DNA of 63,231 nt, counting the filler, from Stramenopiles sp. TOSAG23-2 (Eukaryota): assembly GCA_900128395.1 (NCBI GenBank). It is 10 parts of 10 records of this genome, joined end to end, with 100 filler letters (N's around TTAATTAATTAA, not from the genome) between each part and the next. Parts side by side here need not be neighbours in the genome. Positions count along the whole stretch, not along the records: positions 30,239 to 37,684 come from LT650318.1; positions 37,785 to 45,220 come from LT650319.1; 8 more parts are not named here. One strand, written 5' to 3'. Below are positions 32,022 through 45,000 of this stretch, one piece after another. Each line of letters starts with the position of its first letter. The stretch's first letter is position 1. The position numbers were made by a program, and so were the translations under genes. Under the pieces are notes generated by a model. It saw nothing but the letters and a program-made list of their open reading frames with translations. It was not told the DNA's origin and did not search any database.

Positions 32022-32640
32022 AACAAGATCAACTAATACATACAGCTCCAGTGTTACGTCCAACTAAACGTCGATCCCTTATTATTGAAACTCATAAAGT
32101 TAAAGTCAATGATACAGAAAAAAAGAAGAAATTAAATCAATTAAATTTAAGATTTCAAGAAGCTTTAAAGGACATTAAAAGACAAAAACAAAATGCGGCA
32201 GCGATGATAAAACGTAGAAATTTACAAATCAACCTACAATTAGAAACGGAAATTTTAATACAAGATAAAATTAAAAGAATTATGCGAATAAGTATGTGGA
32301 CGAATTGTTTGTGGAGTTTCACCAATATCCAGTCGTAAATGTTCTTTTAATAATTTTGATGTTTCTTTATCTTTTCGCATAATTCTTTTAATTTTATCTT
32401 GTATTAAAATTTCCGTTTCTAATTGTAGGTTGATTTGTAAATTTCTACGTTTTATCATCGCTGCCGCATTTTGTTTTTGTCTTTTAATGTCCTTTAAAGC
32501 TTCTTGAAATCTTAAATTTAATTGATTTAATTTCTTCTTTTTTTCTGTATCATTGACTTTAACTTTATGAGTTTCAATAATAAGGGATCGACGTTTAGTT
32601 GGACGTAACACTGGAGCTGTATGTATTAGTTGATCTTGTT
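32022..32640. repeat. 267-bp inverted duplication of coding sequence with 85-nt spacer
   Basis: 32022-32288 is the reverse complement of 32374-32640; the same peptide appears on both strands in the ORF track. Confidence 0.95.
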
Positions 32641-33634
32641 TTTCTTTCGATTTATATGGTGAGCCTTTTGCTGATGATGGTGAATTATTATTCTGTTTAT
32701 ATAAATCATGCAATTTGTTCTTTTTACTTTTCAAATTATCCTCCATCGTACTATATATTTTTGTACGTATAGTCTCATACTCTATTTCCAACGCAGATAT
32801 ATGATCATCCCAATCGCTATCTAGTCTTTCTAATTGATTTTTTAATGCTACTTTTAAATTATGTTTTTCATTTGAAAAATATCTACTTCTCTCTTGTTTT
32901 TCCATTTTTAGCACTTGAGCTTCAAAATCATCTTCATCGCGTGCAGTTTTCAATGCGATTTCTTCTAAATTGTATAATATATCCATTATTACTTTTTTAT
33001 TGTTCTTTTTTTCAATCAGTTTTTTTATTTTAGTCCAATCACTCTTCTGCTTTCGTTGTAAAGATATCCATTTTCTCTCTTGGGCTTGCAATGCACCTTT
33101 ATAATATTTTTTCATTGCATTCTTCAACATACTATCAACTTTGTCAGAAAAATGTTTATATAACTTACCTTTTTTTCTACGGGTTTCTTCTTCCATCAAT
33201 GTATCATTTAAATGTTGGCTAAATACTAAAGGTTCTGGATGCAACCCAATATCTACTTTTAAAGCATTTTGTTCAACTACATGATTAACGCTGGTTGTTT
33301 CAATTAGATTGAAAATTTCATGTTTACTTAATTCTATTGTTAGTGTTTTGTTTGAACTACTGCCTGCAGCATTATTTTTATTGTTTTTAAATTCTTCATT
33401 TTCGTCATATGGTTGAAACCAATCAAAAGCGAAGTTATCACGGTTTTTTGAACTTTTTGTATATCTGCTTCCAACTCTTTTTGATGGCGTTGCTGATTTA
33501 TTCATGTGTCGACGAGGCTTATGACTAGTTTTTACTCGGCGTTTGTTTACATATTTGCTTTTGATATTCCTTGAAAAGGGCATATTGGCTGTTGTAGTAC
33601 GAGCACGGTTTTGATGATATCGGTAGGTTTTCAT
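32255..33634 (-). CDS. Coiled-coil hypothetical protein; 3' end runs into the inverted duplication
   Basis: ~459-aa ORF from ATG 33634; extended E/K/L/Q helical segments. Confidence 0.7.
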   Translation of the reverse strand: MKTYRYHQNRARTTTANMPFSRNIKSKYVNKRRVKTSHKPRRHMNKSATPSKRVGSRYTKSSKNRDNFAFDWFQPYDENEEFKNNKNNAAGSSSNKTLTIELSKHEIFNLIETTSVNHVVEQNALKVDIGLHPEPLVFSQHLNDTLMEEETRRKKGKLYKHFSDKVDSMLKNAMKKYYKGALQAQERKWISLQRKQKSDWTKIKKLIEKKNNKKVIMDILYNLEEIALKTARDEDDFEAQVLKMEKQERSRYFSNEKHNLKVALKNQLERLDSDWDDHISALEIEYETIRTKIYSTMEDNLKSKKNKLHDLYKQNNNSPSSAKGSPYKSKEKQDQLIHTAPVLRPTKRRSLIIETHKVKVNDTEKKKKLNQLNLRFQEALKDIKRQKQNAAAMIKRRNLQINLQLETEILIQDKIKRIMRKDKETSKLLKEHLRLDIGETPQTIRPHTYSHNSFNFILY

Positions 33635-34227
33635 TTTGTTTTTCCCCAATTATTTTATTCTTTCTTTGCAAATATTTTAAAGATCTTCGTTTGGATAATA
33701 TAATATTTAGTAAATTGAATATTAATATTGATAATATAAATGAATATGAATTCTATGAGAATATTTTTGGTGTATTGTTGTATAATAGCCTAGTTATTTT
33801 TATGGTATTTTACATATATCTTTGTATTTTTTCTACGTGATATTTCTACTTGTTGTTATTGTGTATACTGTGTAATATATATATTTCGTAACCGTATTAT
33901 AAAAATTCTGTATACAAAAAATAATACCCACCTTCATCATAGTGTCACAATCTATATAATTCTATACTGTACCCTGGTATATTACTGTAGTAAAAGTATA
34001 GTAGAGTAGTATAGTAGTGTGGACGAATTTAAATTCTGAAAAAAGGAATTGCACAATTATTAGAACAATTCATCGAAGGAAAAAAGAAAATTATAAAAAT
34101 TCAATAACAAATATTATATATATATATATATTATCAAAACAATTATGCAATCAATAATATACCTGTAGCAAGGGGAGACGAGACGATTTTATGAGTGTAG
34201 GGACCGAGTAGACTAAAAGTATCCATC

Positions 34228-35739
34228 ATGTTAATATCAAAAGATGGCAAACAAATTATGAAAAATATTTTTGAGTTAGGTGGACCAGTTTGCTTACAAT
34301 ATTTATTAGGAATTTTTCCTCAGATGATGCCTAATTTTTTTCTCGGCCATGTTAGTGCAACTAGTCTTGGAGCTTATTCATTAGGAAATATGTTTATAAA
34401 TTTTTCTGGATTCGCTGTTATAGCTGGTTTTGCATCAAATTTAGATACACATTTATCTCAAGCTTTTGGTGCAAAAAGGTATTATCGATACCAGATTGTT
34501 ACGCTTCGAAATATTATAATCAGTATTATGATGGCATTCATTGTAGCCTTTGTTTGGTACTTTGTGCCAGAATATTTTTTTAATTTTGTTGGTGTAGACA
34601 AAGTTGTATCTTCAGAAGCAGTAATATTCTGTAGAACTATGATAATTGCAGTTTGTCCAATGTTTGTTTGTGAAGTTTTTCATCGTTATTTATCAAATCA
34701 AAATATTGTTATATTTCCATTGCTTGTAAAGATACCAAATATTATAATCTGTTTTTGTATAAATTATTTTTACACGGAAACTTATGGGGTTTTTGCATCA
34801 GCAATTTCTTGTATATGTTCTTTTTATTTCATATTTTTTTCATTTGGATGGTATATATTATGGAAAGGTACCCCCATCGTACAAGAAAGACAAAAAATCA
34901 GTTTCTTAAATTTGAAAAAGTCAAATATATTGTTTGAAGGATGGAAAGAAATATTTCGCTTTGGTTTACCTGGAATAATGATGATGATGATGGATTGGGG
35001 TACATTTGAAATTAATGCTACATTTGCAGGACGAATCAATGATGTTAATTTAGCTACACATGCTTTGCTTGCTCAGACTTGCACGTTGTGTTATATGGTA
35101 CCATTAGGTGTCTCAATTGCAACACAAATTATTGTTGGACAAAAACTTGGCGAAAAAAAGCGACATTTATCCATTTTGGCGGCAAAAATTGGATTTTTGA
35201 TTACATTTGTTTGTATGTTGCTAGCTTTATCGATTTTTTATGTTTTTAGATATGAATATTTTCATTTATGTACAAATTCTAAAGAAATCATTGATTTAGG
35301 AGTTAGCGTTATTCACATGCAAATTTGTTTCTCAGCACTAGATAGCGTACAATGTGCTCTCACCGCTATTTTAAGAGGTGTAGGAAAACAAGATGTCGCG
35401 TGGAAATTCATGATGGGATATCCATTAATTGGATTACCGTGTGGTTATATTTTGGCATTTACATTTGGTTGGCAATTATTAGGTGTCTGGTCAGGGATGG
35501 TAGTTGCCATTTTTACTGTTGATGTATGTTTATTTTGTTTGTTATATACAGTGGATTGGGAAAAAGAAGAAAGAAATGCGATAAATCGTGCAAAAGAAGA
35601 TGATAATGAAGAGTCATTGCTTGATGATGAGGAAGAAGATCAGTACAGTTTAATAGGAGTAGAAACAATTGGACAAAGTAGTGGAATGGAAGGAGAAGGA
35701 GAAGAAGAAGATGTCTTTTTAAAAATTGTAAAAAAATAA
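34228..35739 (+). CDS. MATE family multidrug/toxin efflux transporter
   Basis: ~12 TM; LGHVS...LGAYSLG, LDTHLSQAFGAK, GLPG.MM..DW.TFE, VPLGVSIA....VGQKLG, ILRGVGKQ, GVWSGM. Confidence 0.95.
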   Translation: MLISKDGKQIMKNIFELGGPVCLQYLLGIFPQMMPNFFLGHVSATSLGAYSLGNMFINFSGFAVIAGFASNLDTHLSQAFGAKRYYRYQIVTLRNIIISIMMAFIVAFVWYFVPEYFFNFVGVDKVVSSEAVIFCRTMIIAVCPMFVCEVFHRYLSNQNIVIFPLLVKIPNIIICFCINYFYTETYGVFASAISCICSFYFIFFSFGWYILWKGTPIVQERQKISFLNLKKSNILFEGWKEIFRFGLPGIMMMMMDWGTFEINATFAGRINDVNLATHALLAQTCTLCYMVPLGVSIATQIIVGQKLGEKKRHLSILAAKIGFLITFVCMLLALSIFYVFRYEYFHLCTNSKEIIDLGVSVIHMQICFSALDSVQCALTAILRGVGKQDVAWKFMMGYPLIGLPCGYILAFTFGWQLLGVWSGMVVAIFTVDVCLFCLLYTVDWEKEERNAINRAKEDDNEESLLDDEEEDQYSLIGVETIGQSSGMEGEGEEEDVFLKIVKK

Positions 35740-36201
35740 AAAAAAAATTACCCGATAATAATTCTTTCTCGTCTATTATAGTCACTAGGTCATAATAATT
35801 AAAGTACGCGTATTTTAAATAATTTTTATTTCTACCCATGACAATTCCTACTCCCACAAGAGGATAGAGTGTGATGTTTTTGAGCCAAATATAAAATTTA
35901 AATTTTACGCACACATATATAATTTATTTCTTTAATTTTTACTCACATGATTATAATTCCTACACCTCTCTTCTCAAAAGAATACACACAAAAATAACTG
36001 CGAGACAAAATAAATATCGATCCCACACTAGGGTGTTGATATTCTCATAATAGAGAATACCAATGAAGGTAAATAGATGGTATCAACTTTTGCAGTTGAT
36101 GAAAAACGGACATCATAAATATATATTATCTTTAAAATAAAAAAATATGTGTGCGATTGTCAATCACACAAACACACACAGACAATTCCACCTTCTTTAT
36201 A

Positions 36202-37155
36202 TTATACTTGCACAGTACTATATCCATGTGAATCTATATATGCAAGCTCCGCCTTCTTTTTAAAATCATCTTTTTCCAATAATTTTTTCACATTCTTCGT
36301 ATCATCATCAAGGCCTGAGTCAGCTTTGTATTCGGGTAAATTATTTCTTTCTTCAATAATATCTTTTCTTTTTTTACATATTCCAACAAATACACTTGAT
36401 ATAAATACAATTGTCAAAACCATTCCTACACTTTTTGCTAAATCAACAACTGGTTTAAATTTTTCTTGCATCCAATCATATATTCGCACTTGATATGTAT
36501 CATAATCAGAGCAACTGCTCCCACCTAATAAATTTTTCTTTTGCAAATTACCACACAACTTTTCCTTGCTCATTGCATAAACTGTTGATTTTTCTTGCCC
36601 CGTACATGTAACATTTTGATCTGCAACTGCCCTTCCATCTAGTCCATCGCAACAATACTCGAAAGAACATTTCACATATCGATCACAATGTTTAAATGAA
36701 CTTTGCAAATGGTTACCATCTTCACGAAATTTTGGTTCATTTAAATTTTTTATGAACCAATCCATACCAATTGCCATCCCGAGCGTTGCACAAGTTATGA
36801 TAAATACACATGTAATATATAAATACATAATTTTCAATTTTCTTCCTTTCATATGATTTAAATTACCATCGCTACGTTGCAATCGATTTGCACCAACGAT
36901 CCCAATGATACCGACAAATAATGTAAAAATTCCCATCAACAATAGAACTACAACATTTTGTTGTTGTCTAGCTAATTCAAGCCAATCTGAATATTCAACT
37001 AATGTATATGTAGTCCCTATCACGATGATATGTCCTAATATTAAAAAAATTGAATTTATAATATATAATATGATAAAACCAAAATCAACAATAGTATTGA
37101 TGCATTGAAATAGACGATATTCTGATTGCGCTAAGCAACCTTGTTTCTTTGCCAT
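36202..37155 (-). CDS. Tetraspanin-like protein
   Basis: Four hydrophobic helices, IGIIGIVGA motif, large Cys-rich loop (YCCDG) between TM3 and TM4; ATG 37155 preferred. Confidence 0.75.
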   Translation of the reverse strand: MAKKQGCLAQSEYRLFQCINTIVDFGFIILYIINSIFLILGHIIVIGTTYTLVEYSDWLELARQQQNVVVLLLMGIFTLFVGIIGIVGANRLQRSDGNLNHMKGRKLKIMYLYITCVFIITCATLGMAIGMDWFIKNLNEPKFREDGNHLQSSFKHCDRYVKCSFEYCCDGLDGRAVADQNVTCTGQEKSTVYAMSKEKLCGNLQKKNLLGGSSCSDYDTYQVRIYDWMQEKFKPVVDLAKSVGMVLTIVFISSVFVGICKKRKDIIEERNNLPEYKADSGLDDDTKNVKKLLEKDDFKKKAELAYIDSHGYSTVQV

Positions 37156-37684
37156 TGTTGTATATATATATATACATGTATAAATATAGTTTATATATAT
37201 TCTTGTTCTCATCCATTGAGATGACAGTTATATATATGTACAAAAATATTACATAATACTATATAAGAATTGTGCAATCCATGGATAATGTTACTTAGAA
37301 GATACCTGGTAGAATATTTGTCATCAAAACACAAAACACACACATGAATGGTGTGTGGTGGTGGAGAATGACAATAGCGTTAAGTACTACCACTAGTCTA
37401 GTACAGTATATAGCTATACCACCTGGTAGTATACCGACCTGTATATTAATATTACGTGGCCATACAAGAAGAAACTACGTGATGATGTGATGATGTGATG
37501 ATGTAAAAATACTAGAGCTATCTGCACTATACTAATAAGTTGTTTTATTAATGGTTTTATGATTATACAGTCTGGCAGTATCACCACATACACAAATAAA
37601 AAATGTAATAAATTTATTGATTGGCACACAGATAGATAGATAGATAGTCAAATTATAGATTCAATGATATACAATATTTTTTGA

Positions 37685-37784
37685 NNNNNNNNNNNNNNNN
37701 NNNNNNNNNNNNNNNNNNNNNNNNNNNNTTAATTAATTAANNNNNNNNNNNNNNNNNNNNNNNNNNNNNNNNNNNNNNNNNNNN
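37685..37784. other. Artificial contig spacer
   Basis: N44-TTAATTAATTAA-N44. Confidence 0.99.
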
Positions 37785-39030
37785 CTTTATTGATATCAAT
37801 CGATTCTTGACTTAACAATGCATTTACTATATCTGTATGGCCTTTAGAACATGCAAGACAAAGTGGTGTCCAATTATCATCTGAACATACTTTATTGATA
37901 TCAATTGATTCTTGATTTAACAATGCATTTACTATATCTGTATGGCCTTTGGAAAATGCAATATAAAGTGGTGTCCAACCATACTTTGTTGTTGTTTTAT
38001 CAATATCAATCGATTCTTGACTTAACAATGCATTTACTATATCTGTACGGCCTTCATTACATGCCATATGAAGTGGTGTTGCACCAGTTTCTGTATTTGC
38101 TTTATTGATATCAATCGATTCTTGACTTAACAATGCATTTACTATATCTGTATGGACTTGAGAACATGCAGTATAAAGTGGCGTTCCACCATCATTTGTT
38201 GTTGCTTTATTGATATCAATCGATTCTTGACTTAACAATGCATTTACTATATCTGTATGACTTTGAGAACATGCTACATAAAGTGGTGTTCGACCACCAT
38301 CTGTTGTTGCTTTATTGATATCAATATATTCTTGATTTAACAATGCATTAACTATATCTGTATGGCCTTGAGAACATGCAGTATAAAGTGGCGTTCCACC
38401 ATCATTTGTTGTTGCTTTATTGATATCAATCGATTCTTGATTTATCAATGCATTTACAATATCTGCATGGCCTTCTTGACATGCAATATAAAGTGGGGAA
38501 GCATCATTTGTTGTTGCTTTATTGATATCAATCGATTCTTGACTTAACAATGCATTTACAATATTTGTATGACCTTTAAAACATGCAGCATAAAGTGGTG
38601 AACAACCATCATCTGTTCTTGCTTTATTTATATCAATCGATTCTTGATTTAACAATGCATTTACTATATCTGTATGGCCTTGAAAACAGGCACTATAAAG
38701 TGGTGTTCGACCACCATCTGTTGTTGCTTTATTGATATCAATCAATTCTTGATTTAACAATGCATTTACTAAATCTTTATGGCCTTCTTGACATGCAATA
38801 TAAAGTGGGGAAGCATCATTTGTTGTTGCTTTATTGATATCAATCAATTCTTGATTTAACAATGCATTTACTAAATCTTTATGGCCTTCTTGACATGCAA
38901 TATAAAGTGGTGTTTCACCATCATTTGTTGTTGCTTTATTGATATCAATAGATTCTTGAATTATCAATGCATTTACAATATCTGCATGGCCTTCTTGGCA
39001 TGCAATATATAGGCCAGTGCACCCATCAGT
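37785..39030 (-). repeat. Tandem 102/105-bp ankyrin-coding repeats, at least 12 units
   Basis: Repeated (T/S)PLY.AC..GH.DIVNALL.QESIDINKATT with near-identical DNA. Confidence 0.95.
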
Positions 39031-42000
39031 AATGCTTCCGTAGTTAAGTTCTATGTTGCCACTGCCAATCAATAATTTTACACAATCAACATGATTTAAG
39101 CTGCATGCTGTCATTAATGGTGTATCTAGATTTAAATTTTCTTGAGAACCTAAATAAATATTTCTTTTCAATACCCCATCATCAATTAGATACTTCAAAC
39201 ATTTTACAGAGTTGTATTTACATGCCAAATGAAATACATTTTCGCCACCACGCTTATCAGCTTCTACTTGTGCTTTTTCATTATCACACCAAACTGTTTT
39301 CAAAATATCAATAGCATCACATTCGCATGCATAATGTGCAAATGTGCAGCCGTTTGTATCGGCCAGCATTGTGTCAACTTTTAAATTCCATAACATTTTC
39401 ACAATATCAAAATTATGCTCTGAAGCTGCAATAAATACAGGTATATCTTGCGCTAGTGCGTTTCGTATTGGCAATAAATCTATATTACTCAGTGTTTGGC
39501 TAACAGTGCTTTGTTCGTTGTCTTTAAAATGGGTCATTCTCATAATAATAATTCCTTTACATTCCTCCTTTTCATCTTTCCAATGTTCATCGCGTATAAT
39601 ACGAATAGAGGGAAACCATGAATTCACTACATTATTATTAACAGTTTCTGGCAATTGTTGATACACAGTCTCTTGTTTTATATGGGTATTATCTGTTGAT
39701 AATGGAGTGATGTTATATTTGGCTATACCAGAAAGTGGATTGTAGAAACATTCGATTCGATATCGATCAATTGTTTCAATTGCATTTGGTTTATTATTTT
39801 TCTTATGGTTGCATAGGAGCTTACTATCTACAAATTGCATTTGTATTTTGCATTTCCCTGTTTGTAAATCCGGCATACTAATAACTTTACCTATGTTTGT
39901 GTAATCGGATTGAAAGAAATATCGTAAAAATGAAGGAAGATCTAAGTCACCCCATGTATCGCCAAACAATTCTAAAATAGAATTGATTATGTTTTCACTA
40001 AAAGACGTTTCTTCATTTGTATTCAAGGACTTCATAGTATTTTTATTTATATATTCATTTCCTTCGTAAGTTTCCTGCTTCAGTTTCAACCACTTAAAAA
40101 ACTCGGTTGCGCCATACTTTTCTATTGCTTGATAAATACATTGCACTTGTAAATTTTTAGTAAGTTTTAAGTAAGTCTTTAATATTGATGCAGATATTAT
40201 CCCGTTTCCGTTACTGAAACAATTCAGTATTGCATCTACATGCGCATCCTTTAAATCACTGCTTAATGCTGCAAAAAGTGATTTCAGTGAGCTTATATTG
40301 AATTCTTCATTATCACCAAAGGCTTGTTCCAATTTACTGTCATCACAATTTTTGAGTATTGTTTCTATGTGACTAGTCACCGTTTTCATATCCATATCGA
40401 CAAACGAGCCAAATTCTTTTGTACCCTTATCATCTATTTTACAAATAGATTGCTTACACTGTTTACTGAATGAAGATTTTAGTTTAATTTCATCAAACAC
40501 CTTTACATCATTTATTTTTGTATCTTTTACAACATTCAAATTAATATCAAATATACGATTACCATCCGGCCATAACACTTGTTCCCCATACAATGTTTGC
40601 AATATGTCAACATAATCACCAAACGTGTCTTTGTATTCACCATCGGTGGTTCCAGCTATAACGCCAACACAATAATGATCAGCCATAGACCCCGGATATT
40701 TCATTTTAGTAAATGGCTTCAGCATTTCGTCTTGCCTGAATCTAGATGCCCATGAGGTTGACGGTGTCCATCCAACCATCACAACCGCTGCGCAATCATT
40801 GCAATTAATATCAATACTAAACATAAACTCTACTTGATCATCGATTTCTGCAATATTATCTGCTTTTTTTTTCTCTACATTTACCGCCATATCAGGTACC
40901 ATAACTTGTCCAATCCAACCACTATTTTCTTTTAATGTCAACTGCATCTCATCCTTTGAAAATAACACACCTGGTGTTTTTCTGAGTTTAGAGTTGTTGG
41001 ATTTTGTGTCATCTCCTACAACAACAATGTCCAACTTCTTTGTTTTTGCTTTTATCATTTTATCTGCACTTGCCGTCAACAATTCTCTGACACATTCCGC
41101 GTGTCCTGCTTTAGCTGCTACAAATAAGGGTGTACGATCAAATGCATCTTGAATGTCTACATCTAAACTGCCTTTATCTATTTCATTTAAAAATGATATT
41201 GCTCGTTTAATGATATCGCGTTTTCCTATTTTAAATATGTAACAAAAGTAAAAGTTAGTTTTTGTTACTACTACAGAATCAAAATATGTATTTATGTATA
41301 ACTTACCAAACTTTGCCGCTTCATGCAACAACGTACCAGCCCCATCCCGTTTAGGCAATTTTGTCGTATATAAATCTCTCACATTCCCCTCCACCATATC
41401 CAAATCATCTTTACCAAACGGTCTTCCATATGTAGCAACACGTGCAACAATGTCAATCATACGCGGTATTGTGTAATCTTCGCCAACCATGCAATCCACT
41501 AAAAAATCTAATATAGCTTCCTCTGCTCCAATAAATATTCGATTCAATGGCGAACGTTCAATAGCAACAAACATATCAATCAGACGCTTACTATTTCCAA
41601 CATATTTCTGTCGCAGCTGACGTTGTTTTGATGAGTCTTTGTTAGTTGCGTATGTCCTTTCCAACATTTTCAATTTTGCCTCTGCCATCTTTAACTTCGA
41701 CGATGCGTCCTTTGCATCTACAAATAAATTTGCTACTATCTTCCTATCATCACCTGTTGGTCCATGCCCTTCTTTCTCTATAAATGCAGTACGCCAATCT
41801 TTTACTTTATTCCGACAGATTTTCTTTTGCTGTTTTAGCTTACTAATTTGTTCTTTTGCTTGGATTATAGAGTCGCCCAACGATTTAATATATGCTTTTC
41901 GAGATGGTGAACCACCAGGTGATGATGATACAGGGCTTGCCATTGGACTACTTATTACACTTCCGCGTGGAGATAATATTTGTGTTTCTACGTCAATGAT

Positions 42001-45000
42001 CGCATCTGCCATTTTACTAGCTAATTTACTTCGTTCCATATTATTCTGCATAGAATCCAACTCATAATTATTGCTACGCCTTAAATTTTCTATCTTTCTC
42101 ACAAATACATCCAATTCATCTAATGACATCAACGTCTCTTCACATGCATTTTTAATTGCGCGAACAACTTCCGAGGCTGTTAAATACTCTTGGATAGACT
42201 TGTGTATAAATGAAAATATACCAACACCTGGATATTTATATCATGTTAGTCCAAATTTGTTTGTTTTAAAATTCTTTAATGTCATAACTTACCTTTTTGA
42301 ATTGGTGCAACTCGACGTATCATCTCCATCGCCTCGCTAGTACCACCTAAAAATCGTTCCCACCGATTTTCTTCTCTAAATCGATGTTGACCTTCTTCAT
42401 ACCGAACTTTTGTTAAATTTTCTTCTGTCATTTCCAATGCCAATTGCGTTGACAATTCATATGCTTCGTTATTCAATCCATTGACAGATATAGCATTTGT
42501 TTGTTTTCGTCGTGCTTCAGCATCTATATAATGACGGATGAAGGTTTTATATATACGGTATCTATCAACAGGTGTACGTTTTAAAATCTTTAACAATGCA
42601 TTATCTTTCTTCAACATGTCACTTATGTTCTTCTTTAATGCTGTATCTTCGCTATCTGTTTTCTTTTCTACATAAACATCGATCCATTCTTGTATCGATT
42701 TCAAATTGTCTAACATACCATTTTGTTTTATTCTTTGCCACATTTCATCCGCTGTTTTTTTTATTTTCAAATCTTTAAACTTATCAGAATGAATTGCGGT
42801 ACTAAATTTACGCCGCATCGATAAACCTTTCTCTTTGGAATCTCGTTTCTTTTGAACTAATTTGGTAAATGTTGATTCAACATGATGTCGTTCTTTACTA
42901 GCAAAAATAGTTCGTTCCTTGATCCGTGCAGGAGTTGCGCCCATAGCACGAAGTAAATCTATCACATCCGTGCAAATTTTTAACATAAATGGTGTTTTTG
43001 TTAATTCTTCCAATTCACTCATACGTTTAAATGCATCTTGGAATTCTGATATTGGCCATACAATACTACGACCTTTTATGGCTAAATCTTGAATTTGTTG
43101 CCAGCAATTCTTGATATCGGTATCTGTAAATTGATGATTATTTGTGTATAATGTGCTTAACAGTATGGACAATATAAATGCCCGTTGTTTGTCGTTCTGT
43201 TGATTTTTTTCCGATGTAAAACTATCTGTGTGCTTAGCTTGTAGCCTACTTGCAATAGATTTGAGTTGTAAATCATACTTCGAACCAGAGCACTTAGCGT
43301 AAGATAAAAGGTTTTGCAGTTGCACATCTTTGTCTTCCTCATCATCAGAATTAGAATTGTCCTCGTCCTCCTTCTCCTTATCATTATTTGTGGTCTTTCC
43401 ATGTGTATCTTTTTTTCCTTTATCATTTCTTTCTCCCTCACTCAAAACAAAATCGTTCTTATCAACATTTAATACATCACAAATTAAATTTGCAAAATTC
43501 CTTGTAACACGAGCAGCAAAATATTCTTCACGTTGTGTTGTGTCAAAAGATGCAATTAATCGTTCCATCAATAGACCATCTGCTTTTATATCTGTCCCTG
43601 GCCTAAACCATTCACGATATGCATCAGGTTTAGTTGCTAAAAATTCCGTTCGGCACAAATAAATTATCTTAGGAAATAATTTCTTTTGGCCATCATTTTG
43701 TCCAGCAGCTCTTTTTGCAGTGTTTTCAGTCTTTTTCTCTTTCCCATCTCCTGTTTTTGTCTCGTCTGCATTTACATTTTTACTGGCATTTACCTTCTTG
43801 CTATTATCTTCATTTTTAGACTTATTTTCGTATGATTGCTCCTTTACACCCTTAACCATTTCATCACTTGACTTTTTCTTTTCAATTAATTTCTCTACAA
43901 CTGCTTGAACATAATCTTGCAAATCATTTGTCTCGTACAAATTCGATCCAAGATGTTCTTGTCGTAATTCATCATATCCATCCAATACAAATAATGGAAC
44001 AATCGTGCCATTCTCTACCTTCTCACGGAATTCACTTAGTTCTTTTTTCCCTTCACGGCCGAAGATCTGTTTTAATGCGTCATTCACTAAATCCGTTAAG
44101 GGATGTTCTAATGCCGGTAAAGTGCAGAGAAGTGGTAGATAGCATATCGAAGCTTTATCTTCAGTATCACTTGTTACTGCTTTTACAACATTTTTATTCG
44201 TTTCATAATCTTCCCATAATTTATTAATTAAACGTTTTGCAAATGTTGATTTTCCAGCGCCTGTTAAATTGTAGTTAATAATATGTGTTAGTTACTAATA
44301 AAACGGGCGTAATCATAATAAGAATTCCACTTACCAGCCAATCCATGTATCAATAAGGTCGATTTATCACTACCCTTTCCCAAAAACGTTTCCACTTCCA
44401 TCATCAAATCAAACGTATCCGTGCCTAATTTCTTACCAGATTTAATATGAAACGAACCATCTTCATCCCAATCACCACGTTTCCAACATTTTATCGGTAC
44501 ATACACCTCATTTCTCAACTTTTCCCGTTGTTTCTTCTCCCATTTAATATGATATTGCACCGCTTCATCAAACGTTCTTCCAACCAACAATTTCAAATCA
44601 TGTTGCATATCACTCAACGTATCTTGTATTTGATCTAATTTTGCATCCATCTTAAATAATTGATTCTGTAGTCCATCTAGAAAATCTAATACAATACCCA
44701 ATTGCGAGCCTATATTTGTACAATTCGTTAAACATTGCTTTAATTTCTGTTTACTATCAGCATATTGTTGTTTTATCGCAAGTGCTTTTTCACCACCCGG
44801 TTCTTTTTTCTCTGCACTCTCATATGCAACAATTAATTCATCTAATTCTTTCTTTTGCTCATCCATTTCACGTTTTATACGATCTTGTTGTCCTTCCCAC
44901 TTTGCATTCAACGCTTCGTTTACAGCATTTGTAATTTCAGGATGGACTAATAATTGTTGTACCGCTGGATTTGGCTCCATTGCTTTACGCATAACCAATA

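Noticed and set aside
32051-32338. 95-aa plus-strand ORF as a separate gene
   Set aside because: It is the inverted copy of the minus-strand gene and starts at GTG
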